Shown here: positions 24,143 to 37,200 of the stretch, piece after piece
Layout of the letters: each line of letters starts with the position of its first letter
Numbering within the stretch: the first letter of the stretch is position 1
From: Phoronis australis
Lineage: Eukaryota; Animalia; Phoronida
Direction: 5' to 3'
NCBI GenBank assembly: GCA_002633005.1
Contig: NMRA01000396.1
Span: 117,199-181,198 of the forward strand
DNA length: 64,000 nt
Notes under the pieces: generated by a model
The model's database searches: none
The model's input: the letters and a program-made list of their open reading frames with translations, nothing else
What the model was told of the DNA's origin: nothing
Program-made: the position numbers and the translations under genes

Positions 24143-24806
24143 CTGAAAACAGCACAAGTTATTCGACATCTAATACTTTCCGGCAAATAGTAGATGCTCA
24201 TCAAGAAACATCGAATCGTATGGAAATAATTTCGGGGTAGGACTTTGATCCAGTAAAGGGTCGCGATGTTTTGAATTGCGTAACTTCACTCCTGGATCGA
24301 AGTTGAGAGCGTCAGTTCAATTTCGCACTAAACAGGTGGATTAAAAAGCGGTGTTCTATGAAAGGTCAACTTTGGCCCTATTGAAGTTATCGCCAGGTGC
24401 CACTGTTATCGTTAAAAATTACAGGGTAGTGACGTCACTAATAGTTATATAATAGTCACTCTAATAATCGTCAATCGATTTAAACCTAAGTTTTATGTCA
24501 GTTAGCACGTGTAAATGTTCCCAAATTGTCACATTGAAAAAATGTTAGCGTGCAGCCCTACCTTGCGATAACTTCAATGACGACTGCGTCTCATACCGTT
24601 TACTTCGATGTTACTTAACTACCGAGCCAGTATGAACGGCCCAGTCAACTTCACCGTATACTCGACGCACCACTCGGACAGGATTTAAGTCAATATGATA
24701 GGACCCTTTAGAAAAAACTGCTGTGAAACTGATGATAATTGCAATCCCGTAAACACACATGTAAGCCTATCGAATGCTTCCGTGCGGAGACAATGGTAGC
24801 CCAACA

Positions 24807-24964
24807 CAGGGGCGGATCCAAGATTTTCAGTTAGGTTGAGCCAGGGCAGAGTATTACCCAGGATTTTGCTTATCAGACATTCGTCACCCTGAACTGCCAA
24901 ATGGAGTATCTGAGAATTTCAGAGGTGGCCATAGCCCCCGTAGTCCCCTCTACATCTGCCACTG
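24807..24964. mobile_element. hAT5-type MITE (duplicate of 22365-22522)
   Basis: CAGGGGCGGATCC...CTGCCACTG at the same intronic position. Confidence 0.75.
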
Positions 24965-25924
24965 CATCAGCACCAGCGGTGCGCTCAGAAGCGCAAGACA
25001 CTGGTGGATAAAAAAATGACGCAAGATTACGCTACTTAAAGGAGGAAAATTCAGGAGTTTACGTGCATACGAGAGAAAATTACGTTACATTTAGTTCGCA
25101 AGTGCCTTATTGTATTTGGAGATGGTTACATGGTTTTCATATGACTTCCATGTTAATAATTATGAGTTGTGCATTGTCACTACTAGAGAAGTAATCTATT
25201 TGTAAATAAGTATTTAAAGACACACCAGACAAGATTGTTAAACCTTGGAACACAAATTTGCCCAAATATCGCCTTACGTACTATTCTCCTGGAGTGTAAA
25301 AATCAAGAAATTTCCACTAAAACGATCTAATCTAGAATAACGCTCCATTAAACTGGTCAAGCAAGTCTTTTGCGTTGGTACACAATAGTGTGGTTAAGCT
25401 GGTGAGAGCTTATAGTCACACAAATGATTCAACAGGTGAAAGTTAAGTCTCTAATTTCTCAGAAGGTAAAGCATTTTTCTCCTTTCAAACTTTTTGGTGA
25501 CAGTGTTTCATACAAAACACATCTGCTTCACGGCATTTGTTGAAAGTCGTTTGTAGAACACAATTTACGTATCGGTTAGCGTCAGGCGCACTGTTTGCAA
25601 CATAACTGCTTGATTGCGTGATGTTATCGGATAGAAGCAGACAATAACAGAGTTGAACTGTGTAAACATTGGTTTATTACTGACAAACTGATAACGACAC
25701 GGCTGTGTCCCGACTGGACGATCGGGTAAGTCGGGATAAACATTCCACAGCGCAGGTGCGTAACGGTTCTGTACCTGTGGTAGTTGTGAAGCCTGAACGA
25801 AGCAAAATACAGTTCCAGTTCTTAACCAAACACAAAAAGTCACTTAATGAAGGAAGACAGTGGCATATGTAGAAATTTCAACATTTCTGCATATGTTCTC
25901 GACGCCAGTTTATTGCTGGCGTTG

Positions 25925-25977
25925 GGGTTAAGGTTAAGGTTAAGGCTAGGTTTAAGGTTAGGGTTAGCGTTAGAGTT
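25925..25977 (+). repeat. Interstitial telomere-like (GGTTAA/GGTTAG) repeats
   Basis: GGTTAAGGTTAAGGTTAAGGCTAGGTTTAAGGTTAGGGTTAGCGTTAG. Confidence 0.7.
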
Positions 25978-26307
25978 GGTTTTGTGACTGGCCACGGTGT
26001 GTAATTTTAAGCAATGAACACGATCTTAACTAATAACGAACTTAAAATCCACTCATAATTTGAGCAAGTAACAATTTCAAAACAATTTTATAGGCGAAAC
26101 GTGTTCCCATAGGCGCTTTAATTGAACGTAGCCTAACACCCGGCGAATACTAAGCCATATGGAACATCTAGAAGTTTCGAATTACGCCTAGGTGTTTCAT
26201 ATGATGCGCATGTGCGTACTTCAATCATGTACAGTACACCAAGAAAATGTCAAAACGTGAAACGGTTAAATGTCCCGGGATAAACGTAAACCGTTTAAAT
26301 ACGATAC

Positions 26308-26394
26308 CCTCACACGCCTGGTCTTCAGAGTTATTACATCTCGTGGGCCTGCCATCTGTGGTTGTCAGTGTGGTTCCGGAAAGTGCTCGTGCAC
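26308..26394 (-). CDS. GPCR gene A/B coding exon 2 (87 nt, phase 1-1)
   Basis: TTTTCAG|...|GTATCG splice sites. Encodes ARALSGTTLTTTDGRPTRCNNSEDQACE, conserved with 55151-55237, and joins the large exon in frame (G|TG TTC CAG). Confidence 0.85.
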
Positions 26395-27034
26395 CTGAAA
26401 AAAATGAGCGAAGCTTGAACTCTCCTCATGTGTGCAGTCCACACTGCGTAATTTGTATTAAAAACGATACAAAAATGTTATGTCGTTACTCCATTATTTT
26501 TATTTGTACAGTTTTCTGATGAGAATTGTCCACATACCTGAGGGATATCACTGATAGTACTTACAGCAATGACTAACGTGTATCAGTAAAATGGCCGTTC
26601 ATTTACGTACATGTATTGGGACAGCAACAGATGTAACGTTTACTGATTGGTGGTTTTAATAGCCTACATCATGAGAAGAGTTTCTAGAAGGCTAGCATGA
26701 AATGGCCGTGCGCGCTTCCGAGAACCGTGATTTGGTCGTGAAATTGCTTAGACGTATTGGATGTGAACGATTTTTGAGCTTGGAAGGAACAGATGGCATA
26801 AATTGAAAGGTATACAGAACACAGAAATCAACAACTTCTTCGTGCGTGAACGGTGACGAGGCCCCTTTAACTCTTCATAGGTTTCACACCGATGTATTTT
26901 TCTACTGCAATTTTTACTTTGGACTAGATGGTTAGGGCTAAACTTATCGGGAATGTTATGTGGTTTAGCCTGCTATTGTGTTGTTTCTACAATTTAACGT
27001 TATCATCGATCCTAAAAAGCAACAGGAGACTTAC

Positions 27035-27101
27035 CGAGAACACAGAGTGCACTGATTGTCAACACCGTTGAAACCAACACATTTCTCATTGCACTAGGCA
27101 T
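27035..27101 (-). CDS. GPCR gene A/B coding exon 1 (signal peptide)
   Basis: ATG..MPSAMRNVLVSTVLTISALCVLG|GTAAGT, phase 1. Paralog at 55993-56047. The start could instead be the second ATG at 27089. Confidence 0.8.
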
Positions 27102-27238
27102 GCCGGAGGCAATAACTCGATGGCGTTTGCTCATACCCTGAAAATTCCAATGTAGTTTAGTTTCTGCTTTGGCATATTCACTCCTTGGAGCTTCGTATGA
27201 TATATAAACTCCAACTCCAAACTAATGTCTAGGCTTAA

Positions 27239-27306
27239 CATGGGCGGTGCAGCGCTGAAAAAAGTGGGAGCTACCGCCCCCAGCCCCCTCAGGTGCGCCG
27301 CCCATG
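27239..27306. mobile_element. Tiny (68 bp) hAT-like TIR element
   Basis: CATGGGCGGTGCA...TGCGCCGCCCATG inverted termini. Absent from the paralog at about 56190. Confidence 0.55.
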
Positions 27307-29270
27307 TGCTAGAATAGTACAAACTCAAGAACAGTGTTTGTGGTTGTGTGTATGAGTGCGTTGTGATTTTCTAGAAGTTTTCAATGAAAGACTAATCCTT
27401 AATTCCTCAGTAGATAACCAGTTCAATCAAGAAACGCAAAATCTCCAGTTTGTGACTCGAATCTACAGTCCAGAAAGTGTAAGCTAGGATTAAACTATAC
27501 ACACTAATGCAAGTATACAATCAAAAACACGTGTGTCTGTCGAATTTCACACGAAATAAATAGCGGAAGTAGTTTGTTTGTATACTTTCAACGACTATGG
27601 CAGGCAAGCTAAATAATGGGACCATGATCTGTAAATCTACCTTAATTAACTGTTGGCAAAGAGTGCCTCCTCACCTGAGGTAACTCCCTAGAATGAAAAC
27701 CATACAAACCAATTACTAAACCCTCCTAACAATAAATAGGCACATGTACGGGAAAATACAGTAAAACGGTATTACAAAACAATTAATAAAATATCCTAAC
27801 AATCTATGTACATGTACTTGTGTGGAAAAATGCAGTAACAAAGTGGTATTTACAGTTTTATATTGTCAGACTTTATTTCTACAGAAGAGGCATATTTCCT
27901 GCACATATATAAACTAGCTAAAAACTACTTCAAAAATAATATTGAACTTCGTCAAAATATAAAAAAACATTACTTTACACCAGCAACTGCAATAAATATT
28001 GAGACAAAATTGTAGCAACGCTTAATTTCAGTTCCTAGCAAACGTACATTGTCTTAAAAGGTTCATATTCAGTTCATTTACCGCTCCCACAAACCTTGGA
28101 AATTTTGCTCAATTGAAATCAAGTTTTTAGACCAAATTTTCCAACAATGGCTTCTGGGCATTCCATCTTTCGATTATCACCTTGACAATGTCCTCTTTTG
28201 GTCTTTGATGACTGTCAGTGGTCACCTTCAAGTTATTGCTGACACAAATTATTGAATTCGGCTAGCTTGGCCACAAGAGGGGTAGGCCGCACGACCTTAG
28301 CTTTAACTTTTCGAGTGCGCCTAGTTTAAGGCCACTGTTCAGGTATTTGTACTGAACTCCAAAAATGAAAGAAATGAGGTGTTTTAGGTTTGACAGCAGT
28401 TTTGTGGACTAACTGGAAAGTGGTTGCCACAGGTGGTATTCAAAAGTTTCGTGAAGTTGTTTTGTGTTAATTGAGTCCAGAAAGTTGGCCTTTGCTCTCG
28501 TATCCTTGGATATGGAGATTGTACCATTTTGAACGCAGTTCTTTGTTCAGCGCTGAATTCTTGGCGTGAATATAGGTGCTCTTCAGACAAGTGGAGACTG
28601 ACAAAAATCTGATTGATAACAACATATTTTAACCTGAATGTCTCAAATCTAAAGTGAAAGAGCAATCAGATAGTGGTCTCTTCTCTTGCACAGTGACAGT
28701 AGTTATTTTAGGTACAAAATGCATGTTTGGAAATTTTTGGTATCTTCGGGGGACGTAACATGGTAAAGAAACACGACTTTTTTGAAAATCTTCATTTTTG
28801 GAAAACCCCATAGAGTGTGATCTTATCCCTGTAAAAATTGTGAAATCAGTCCCCTGACTCATTGATTCACTAAAATGTCACTGTCCAATCATCTCAATGA
28901 TCAATCCCTTTTTTTAAAGATCCTGAGCAAAGCATGCCTGCGAAAAACCTCGCTTTTCAATGAAGTGACTTTGTGATGCGTAGTTACACACAAGACAGTA
29001 GGTCAACAGAACGCAATCATTTTGTATTTTTCGAAAGGCAAATAAACAGAAATGAACAGATATACGCAGGCAAGTTCAAGTTGGGGTTATCAGTTTTGGA
29101 TTGACTATTTCAAATTTTTGTAGGCAACGATTAAATGGCTCGGCAGTTATTTTAGGGAAAACAAGGGCACGCAATCTTGGAATCTTCATACCCGGATAGA
29201 AGATCGTGATTCCTCTAGAGGTACGTATAACATACAAAACCTCGGTTTCATTTGAATTTCAGACGTCTTG

Positions 29271-29904
29271 CATTAACGGATTTATGGGACCAGGGAGGGC
29301 GCCCCCCTTGGCTACGCAATAATTAAAACAGCAAGAGCGTGAGGAAATGTTGAGTTATTAAGTAAAAGAGTCCAGTAATTGATATTTTACGACTGAAGCA
29401 AGATTTTGCAAGGAGTAGAATTTGAGTTTGTGTTAGCCTTAGTGGATCACTCAGAAATTTAAGACCGCTATAAACAGAACAATTTTTTTCTACGGATTGG
29501 CACACACAATATAAAGCCAGGCTGCCTGCATTAACCATTACGGAAAAAAGCAGGTTTGAGCGCAAACGCAGTGGACCATAAACAAGTACGTGCGTGTCTC
29601 TTGGTATGGCACCGTAAGTGGAAGCCTGACAACGCAGTGGAAGAGCATGCGCACTCTGGCAGACAGAATGTGAGTTCAAATACGTGGCACATTTTACACT
29701 TTTACACACGTTTCCAGTGTACATTGTATTTGTTTTTTCTTCGATACACTGTACTTCAGAAATCAAGAAAAATGCTTGTTTTTAGAGGCAACAACCCCTC
29801 TCCCGACCTTCCCCCAGTCGGCGCTATGCCCTTCTACAATCCTGCTTTGCGCGATTGTTTACATAGTGTTGTGCCACACTTATGATATCCTAAATCCGTC
29901 ACTG
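29271..29904 (+). mobile_element. Older copy of the long hAT5-type MITE family
   Basis: Homologous to 39603-40580 at both ends (CCCCCCTTGGCT..AAACAG(C/T)AAGAGCGT; AATCAAG(A/G)AAATGCTTG..ATCCG(T/C)CACTG). Confidence 0.7.
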
Positions 29905-30675
29905 CACTGATACCAGCCAAGCTCGAATCCAGCAACTATAAATTAAAAAACGGACTTTCACACTGCAATTTCACCGACTGCAATGCGCCATCTATAAAAA
30001 AATTACTACCGCGTATAGAATTGTGTGCTAATTTAACTAACACGTTTAATGAAAATTAACACATGGAGACCACTTCACAAACATTTTTGTGTCTTATTTC
30101 AGAGCGACATTAAGATAACTGAGACCAAAATGTCTTAACCTAGATTCATATAGATTCTTCTGTCCAAACTAAGACCGAAATCGGCCTTAGTCTGTAAAGG
30201 CCGAAAGACAGCTTCCTACAGAGTAAGGTTAAAACTGAACTTCTGTGCTCTTTTACGTGAAACAGTCCCAAAGAGGGGGTCAACTGCGTATTTAGGGACT
30301 TGTGAAAACACTTGGATATTCCACACAACACGACAATTTGATTTGGGGCCAAAAACTCTGATATCACATGAAACCTGTATACAGGCTTTACAAACACTTC
30401 AATGAAATGTCAAAGTCATCTGCGATGATTCCCACTAGGATACTTAACGTCGTTTGTTAAATGTCAGGACAAGACTCTGTCGAAGGACCACTTTCTCTGT
30501 TGTGTCGGTATTAGAGTTATTATATGTGATTTTCTCACTATCTTCAATGAAAGAGTTGAGCAATCGAAATTGAGCTTGAAAGAGGACCGTTAAAACAAAA
30601 AGAAAGATTTATTATTTTCATTCATAATTTAACATAAAAATGAACAAACTTCATGTGCGCAGAAAAAATAGTTTA

Positions 30676-30676
<1 letters not shown>

Positions 30677-30718
<42 letters not shown>

Positions 30719-30722
30719 AGCA

Positions 30723-30787
<65 letters not shown>
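30677..30787. repeat. Compound (CA)n-(TA)n microsatellite
   Basis: Direct reading. Confidence 0.95.
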
Positions 30788-30797
<10 letters not shown>

Positions 30798-31233
30798 GCA
30801 CCAAAATAAAGGCGTTCCTGTCAATAACACTACAATATTGTCGACAGGAGAACAAGCGTTATATCTACATGTAAATGGCGTTATCCGGCATACGACGGTT
30901 GAAGAACACATGGTTGGTCGGGAAAGACTTAATCTTCAAGTTATTGGCTTTGAGCATAAACAACAAATCCCTATGTGTACTCATATTCTCTTGCAAATCG
31001 CGGTTTCTCGTCGTTTATGTCACACATTGACCAAAATCAAGGCCTTTGTCTTCACCGGTAAAACAGGCTTAAAATGCTCTGTCGTTTGTCGAATAGTAGC
31101 TAGAGCTTTCTTCTCTGATAGCTTGTGTTGCGGGTTCGATTCCGTGATGAGGATGATCTCAGAAAGTGTTTTTCACACCCATAATGTTCTTTAACACTGT
31201 CCCCATGACTGAATGCATCAGGTTAAAATTCAA

Positions 31234-32371
31234 GGTCTTCCAATGAGACAAGGACAGGTATCACAAAGACTCATGTTCCTTCAAAACTGCTAACCAGCCC
31301 GAAAAACACGAGTCCCGAGCTTTAAAACAGGTATGCCTATGATCGGACTGGAAACCCCGCCATTTTTTCCAATTTTCTGTCAGTAGCCTGATGTTAAAGC
31401 ATCTTTAAGTACATTCCACTTTTTGCCATTTGTTTATTAAAACATGTCACAGTAAAACGCAACATTGACTTGGTTATTTGATTTTGTCGGTAAAACACGT
31501 TGTTATCTCAGTGTTTTCAGCTTATTTCAAAATATTTAATAGTTTCTCCATCCATATGTTCAACAATGATACGCCTTTTGATTCTCAATGTTGATTACGG
31601 TTGATTACAGGTAAGTCCTTTAAATATCTTTGCAATTTCGCAATATTTTAGTGTTCGTCGATTTTCTTGTCAAGCGTACATTAGATTAGTTTACTGATTT
31701 TCAAATGGACCGCGAGAATTATTTCTTCAAAAGTCCTGCACCGTCACCAACTTCACCGTTCTTTGCCCTCGAAAAAGTGCATTTACTCCGCATCGAACAT
31801 TAAAACGAAAAGTGGAAGCGGAATTTCTAAACTCAACGCATTCAGATTATTTTTGCTGCAAAATTTGTTCTGAAATGCGGTTTGCTGGTCTTGTAAGAAA
31901 TGAAACAAGTTCCGATAATTTTATTGGGAAATATACGCAACCTGGCCGGGGGAGAAGAAATTTTGGTAGAAGATGGGGAAAAAACTGGCCAAAAGGTGAC
32001 GCAATACCTCACTTTGCCGCAAGTTGACGTAAAATATCGCCCCGCAACTTAAGTAGCAGTGTAACCGGTGGACAACTCTATTCAGTCATAATTTGTCTAA
32101 AATTCTCATATAGTAAAACAGCATATCACAACAAATGTTTGAAATATGAAGATTCTTTTTCATTAAAATGTGAAATTGATACATGTAGTACTTACCGAAA
32201 GTGCGGAAGTGGGGTTCCAGTCCCTTGGTGTCCTGCCTGATCCCCCGGATACCAATTTTAAAGTTCGGGGTTCGTATTTTCCGGGCTGGTACCTGTTTTG
32301 AAAATGTGGTAGTCTGTTTTCGATTTCGGGAAGTTTGTTTAACACAGGGGTTTCTGTTTCGATGGAACACC
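31234..32371. mobile_element. Kolobok-type non-autonomous DNA transposon
   Basis: T(C/T)AA flanks, GGT(C/G)TTCC termini and long imperfect TIRs (ACCAGCCCG.AAA.ACGA..CCCGA.CTTTAAAA..GGTAT in both orientations). Confidence 0.7.
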
Positions 32372-35300
32372 TTAAAATTACAACGTGGGAATTAATTTCT
32401 TTTAGATGAATAAACTGTATGAACAGACAAATAGAAACGATAAACATATTCTATGAACTTAATATGTCAACAATGGAAGATTAATATTCGCTAAATTGTG
32501 GAAGTAAAATAAAGAATAAATATATCAATACACGTATTGGTCATTTTTTTCTTCAGTTTATACCTGACGAAGTGTTTACTGCACGCAACTTGCTAACGCA
32601 TTCAATATAGTCTTCTTTCACTGCGTTTACTTGATAATGTTATTATTCAGCTATATGCACAAGTACTAACCTTTTCAAACCTTTCTTTTTGCTTACGTTA
32701 TGGTGCAAAGGCAATTTGTGTGTAACCGTAACCTTATCTTCCCTCGATGAATACTTTTGCACGTTGTTTGTGCTCATAGTAGAAAACTAGAAGTACACGC
32801 GTACTGTTCTGTTTTTTATTAAATGTCCATCAAAATTTCCTTCTAATTTAACATTAAATTTCCACGGGCTTATCACCCTGTACTTTTGTACTTAATCACT
32901 TGCCCACTACTCATGACATTTAATTCTTGTTCTTGATGCATTTTTGACAAATTGATTTATTTCTAAGCAAAAAAATAATAATAATACAAAAATGTTTTAT
33001 CAAATTAAATTGAATACAACAACGATGGTTTGGTGTAAGCCGGAACCTTGCATTAGTGGTTTTGACCGTTATTCCAGAACCTATCGTTCTAAACGTAATT
33101 AATATGTTGTCAACACATATTTCTAATATTAAATTCCTGTTTCGACATTATATGGACAATATAAGCTTCGCTATTCGTGCTATTGTCCTGCAATAATAAA
33201 CCTAAACGTCTGTTTGAATTAAATCCATACTTACTCGCTGTTCTGCAGACAGGTGCCAATGGCTTCCGAGGTTCGTAAAGATCCAGTTGAATACGAACAG
33301 ATGCTTTTAAGGTGATGAAAAATAATCGGTAAATTGTGTGTCGAGGCGAAAGTTGATTCATTCAATCATTCAGCAGATGCATCCATCATTCGCTGATTAA
33401 TTGCTTTTATTTTTTTCCACACAGGACCTGTTGGTTCATTACCCGCAGTAATCCGGTGGGTTATTTTTCAGTCGAAATTATTACCAACACGACAATCGTT
33501 TCACTGGCGTTTATTTATGGAAGTAAGTGGGCAATGAGTGTGTCAAGGGATACAGTGTAGCAAGAAACCACACTAAAGATGTAGTGAATGGTTACGACAG
33601 AACGAACGCGCTCGTTGCCAGTGAGTACAGGATGGCTACGTGAAACCAGGTGGTCTTGAGCAAATCGACAAATGTACCGCGAAGAAATCCATGTGGCTGG
33701 TTACACAAACTGACAAATGAGTTAAAGTGTAATATATAGCTCATGGTGCGGTAGAATAGTTGTTGACAGTGAAACAATTGTGTAGTCTCTGCATACATGT
33801 TTTTGTGGAAATTAAAATCCGATTCACAGCAAACTTGAGTTATAATCAAGTGAATACATGTATTTGACTGCTATGGCAGGTGCACAGAAATATGATTTTA
33901 CCTACCCTAACACTCAAAACATCAATGTCACCGTAATGCACCACAATGTCAACTATTTATGAAACACTGGTTAAATGGGACTTACAATTTCAAACAAAAC
34001 CTTTGATGTATAAGTACCCTTGTCATGCAATATTTCAAGAACCCTTAAATTCTGTGACTACTCTGAACATCCACTGTTCCCATACTGATACATGTTTTTT
34101 TCACAAAATGTCTTCGAGACATCCCTGGAGTAAATGGGGTAGCTCCATTCAGCAATACAGTTCTGTTATCTGAACTCTGACAGCAGACAGTGGTGTGGAA
34201 ATCAACCAATGGCGTCCCAGGTTCGAACGCAGTCTGTCCAGCAGTTCACAGCACGCTTACTGGTCTTAGCTTATCGCTTGAATTCATCGTTTTACACCAA
34301 TAAGTTATAAAATTCGATGTAAAACACCTGTAAATACATCGAGTTCTTGAAAAAACGTGTTGTTTTATTTTGCTGTTAGGGATTTTCAAGTATTTTAACG
34401 TACCGTAGCCCATAAAGTTCGGTAGGCCAATTTACGAAGGTCGGTGGCGGGAGTTTAGGGTCTGTTCGGTGACAAGTTGGAACTATTCTTCCATGAAATA
34501 CAAACAGGATATCATAGCTGTGTGTTGTAATTTTAGATATGCGATTTTTTAGTACTAAGCCCACAAAACGCTTCCCTTGTTATCCTGGCCAGAGGCTCGG
34601 AACCCGATCAGGCCCCTCGCGGCTGGACTGAAGACATCTCGAACATAAACCAGCCAGTCACGAAAAGACTACATTAGTGAGCCAAAGAAATAACGTGCAC
34701 GTAATTAGTTTGGTGAATTAGCCGCGAAACTGAAAATCTACTCATTCGTCGGGGGACGTAAAATCAGATTCCCCTTCCACAGAACCGTCAGGCTAAAAGC
34801 TGTACAGTAACAGTGTATATGTACAATGTACATGTATATCTAACTAAAGATTCCCCTTTCGTCTGACCATAGGCTATAAAACCGAGTTATTGTTTCACAA
34901 CAACTTTCTGTCGGTAAACTGTAGCATGCGCTCACACCGTGTCGGTACCCGGTAAATTATAGCTTTAATTGCACTGATCTAAAGCCGGTAACGCAGTGAT
35001 TTATTCGTTGCTGGGTTCTCAAAACATTTACACTCACGAACACTCCAAAGGCATTTCAAATTGTATCGAATGAGACAAATTTTGTTTGAGTTTATGTAAG
35101 CATTGGTTAGGGTGAAAATGATTTATTTTGAAACAGACGCACAATAATAAACGCCACCATGTCAACTCGCATTCCTGACTTACACGAGTGCTCATCCGAC
35201 GAAGACTTCCCAGGTCGATCGATAGGTTTCATAGGCTATGAGTTCGAACCGGAATGCAGTGATCAAGAATGACTAGATAGGCGCCACGGACGTGCACAGA

Positions 35301-37167
35301 CAACCGAACACGGATAGTTCCGAAAACCGTTGTCATGGTGTCAGTGCGCTAACTGCACGATAACGGAAACGACTGACGCTTGCGTTTGCTGCCACGAAAT
35401 TCCACAACTGAAACGCCTTCTTGGAGACTGAGCGCAGATGTGTCATACGGACCATCCTTATTTTGCACCGCATCTAAACAGAGATGTGCTTACGACTCTT
35501 TTAGGGCTGGGAAAATGAGCTGGCGAATATATCTTAAACGCAGAGGACCAAACAGAAGCCTGACGATCGTGTACATGTAAGTCAGCAAACAGGTTACATA
35601 AAAAGTTATGTTCTCGTTCCTTGAATTAATTGCAATTGTTTATGTTTCATGGCCAACTACAATTCTCCATAATCAAAAACTGATCACAAACTGGTCCGCG
35701 TTTCTTTGTTTCTCTGCACAGCATCTGACTTCAGCCTCAGTCTCTCTCTGCCCGAGCACTAGTTTTTGGTAAGCCGGTATTCGACAGTGGAATCAACGTC
35801 GACAAAATGTCGGCCACAGACACGGAGGTGTTTTACGGCCTCATACTTGGTATTAACGGCGTACTCTTCATTCTTCACTGCCGCGAGTCACTTCTGAAGC
35901 ATTATGAGTTCTCAAAGAAATCGAAAAAAAAATTATACCCGCTTTCCTCTCAACTTCATTGTTGGCACAAGTGGGAACGTTATGTAGGCTACTTGTGCTT
36001 GCCTTACCTACTAGCTGGGCTCCAGATTTCAGTTAAAACAGTCCCTGGAGGCACTAGAGCCGCTTCGATGTTAAAGTTAATGCGGTTTTAAACCCGTCGT
36101 CTGTCAGAGAAAAGTACTTTTGATTTAGCTCACAGCTCGATATGCTCACAAATGCCTCATTGAAATTGGAGATGACACATTATTGCTTGAAATCTGTCTA
36201 TTCCATGACTAGACACGTAACCCGTCTACAAATGAAATAAGTATTTACAAACACACTCGGCAAGAGAGTTTAATCTTGGAATACAAATTTGTCCAAATGT
36301 TGGAACTTAAAATCGTACCTGTGCTACTTGCAAGACCTAAATGAAGCAAAATACAGTACTTGTGCCTAACCAAAACACAAAAAGTCATTTAATGAAAGAA
36401 GACGACAGCATATGCAGAAAGAAACCTTTTCCACACAAATGATTTTTTTTATTGCTGAGTAAAACTGTTGTAAGTTGTGATTTGTGCAAAGGTCTCAAGA
36501 GATAACCAAGTGATCTAGTTTTTTTCTTGAATGTCGTTGTATGATTTAAAGCTCTCTGGATCTTGTTCTGGTCGAACCGGGAACAGGCTTCCAAATTTTC
36601 ATTTTGGAGGTGGATTTTCTTATCGAAAAAGTTCGTTAAGCTTGGATTGCTAATTCGTCTGTTACAAATGTGAACAGAACAAAAAATGATTATTTCATAT
36701 TTCGGGAATCTTTTTTAAACTATTGTGAAGCTCGCACATTCTGCACTTCGTCAAATTTCGTTGAAAATCCCAGTTCCAAAACCGAAAGAAGAGCCAGCAC
36801 ATGTGCCTAGCATTGGTTTGTGACTGGCAACGGCATATACATTTATTTTTATGCGCCGAACAAATTTTCAAGGAAAAAGGAACTGAGGAATCTTTTCGCA
36901 TCTTAGTAAAAACAAGTTGCACCCAATTTTATAGAAAAAACGTGTTCCCATAGCAGCTTTAACTGAACGAAGCACGACACACGATGTCTACAATGCCATA
37001 GGGACAACACCTAGAAGTCTCAAATTGTGCCGAAGTTTTATGTATCATGCGTATGTGCGTACTTCAACCATCTACATCACGCACTGAGAATTTCACAGCA
37101 TAGAACGGGTTTTATATCGACATTGTGCAGTGGTAGAACAGTGGAATTTGTTGTGAACCGTTTGAAT

Positions 37168-37200
37168 ATGATACCTTCACATCACTCTTCTTGTGTGCAG
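37168..37200 (-). pseudogene. Internally deleted relic of GPCR exon 2 (unit lacking the large exon)
   Basis: Flanks 36380-37640 match 25840-26870. The donor-side GATACCTTCAC is retained but most of the exon is missing. Confidence 0.5.

Noticed and set aside
22983-24155. 390-aa ORF as a GPCR ectodomain fused to a novel C-terminus
   Set aside because: It reads through the N gap into an unrelated LINE fragment and is an ORF-caller artefact.
26530-26670. Possible additional GPCR exon (AG...GT bounded, conserved between units)
   Set aside because: It has in-frame stops and indels between paralogs, and exons 1 and 2 already join in phase.
32560-32595. CTGACGAAGTG..CACGCAAC Penelope-like hammerhead remnant
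   Set aside because: GAAA is mutated, there is no NUH site or stem I, and it is not conserved in the paralog at about 2940.
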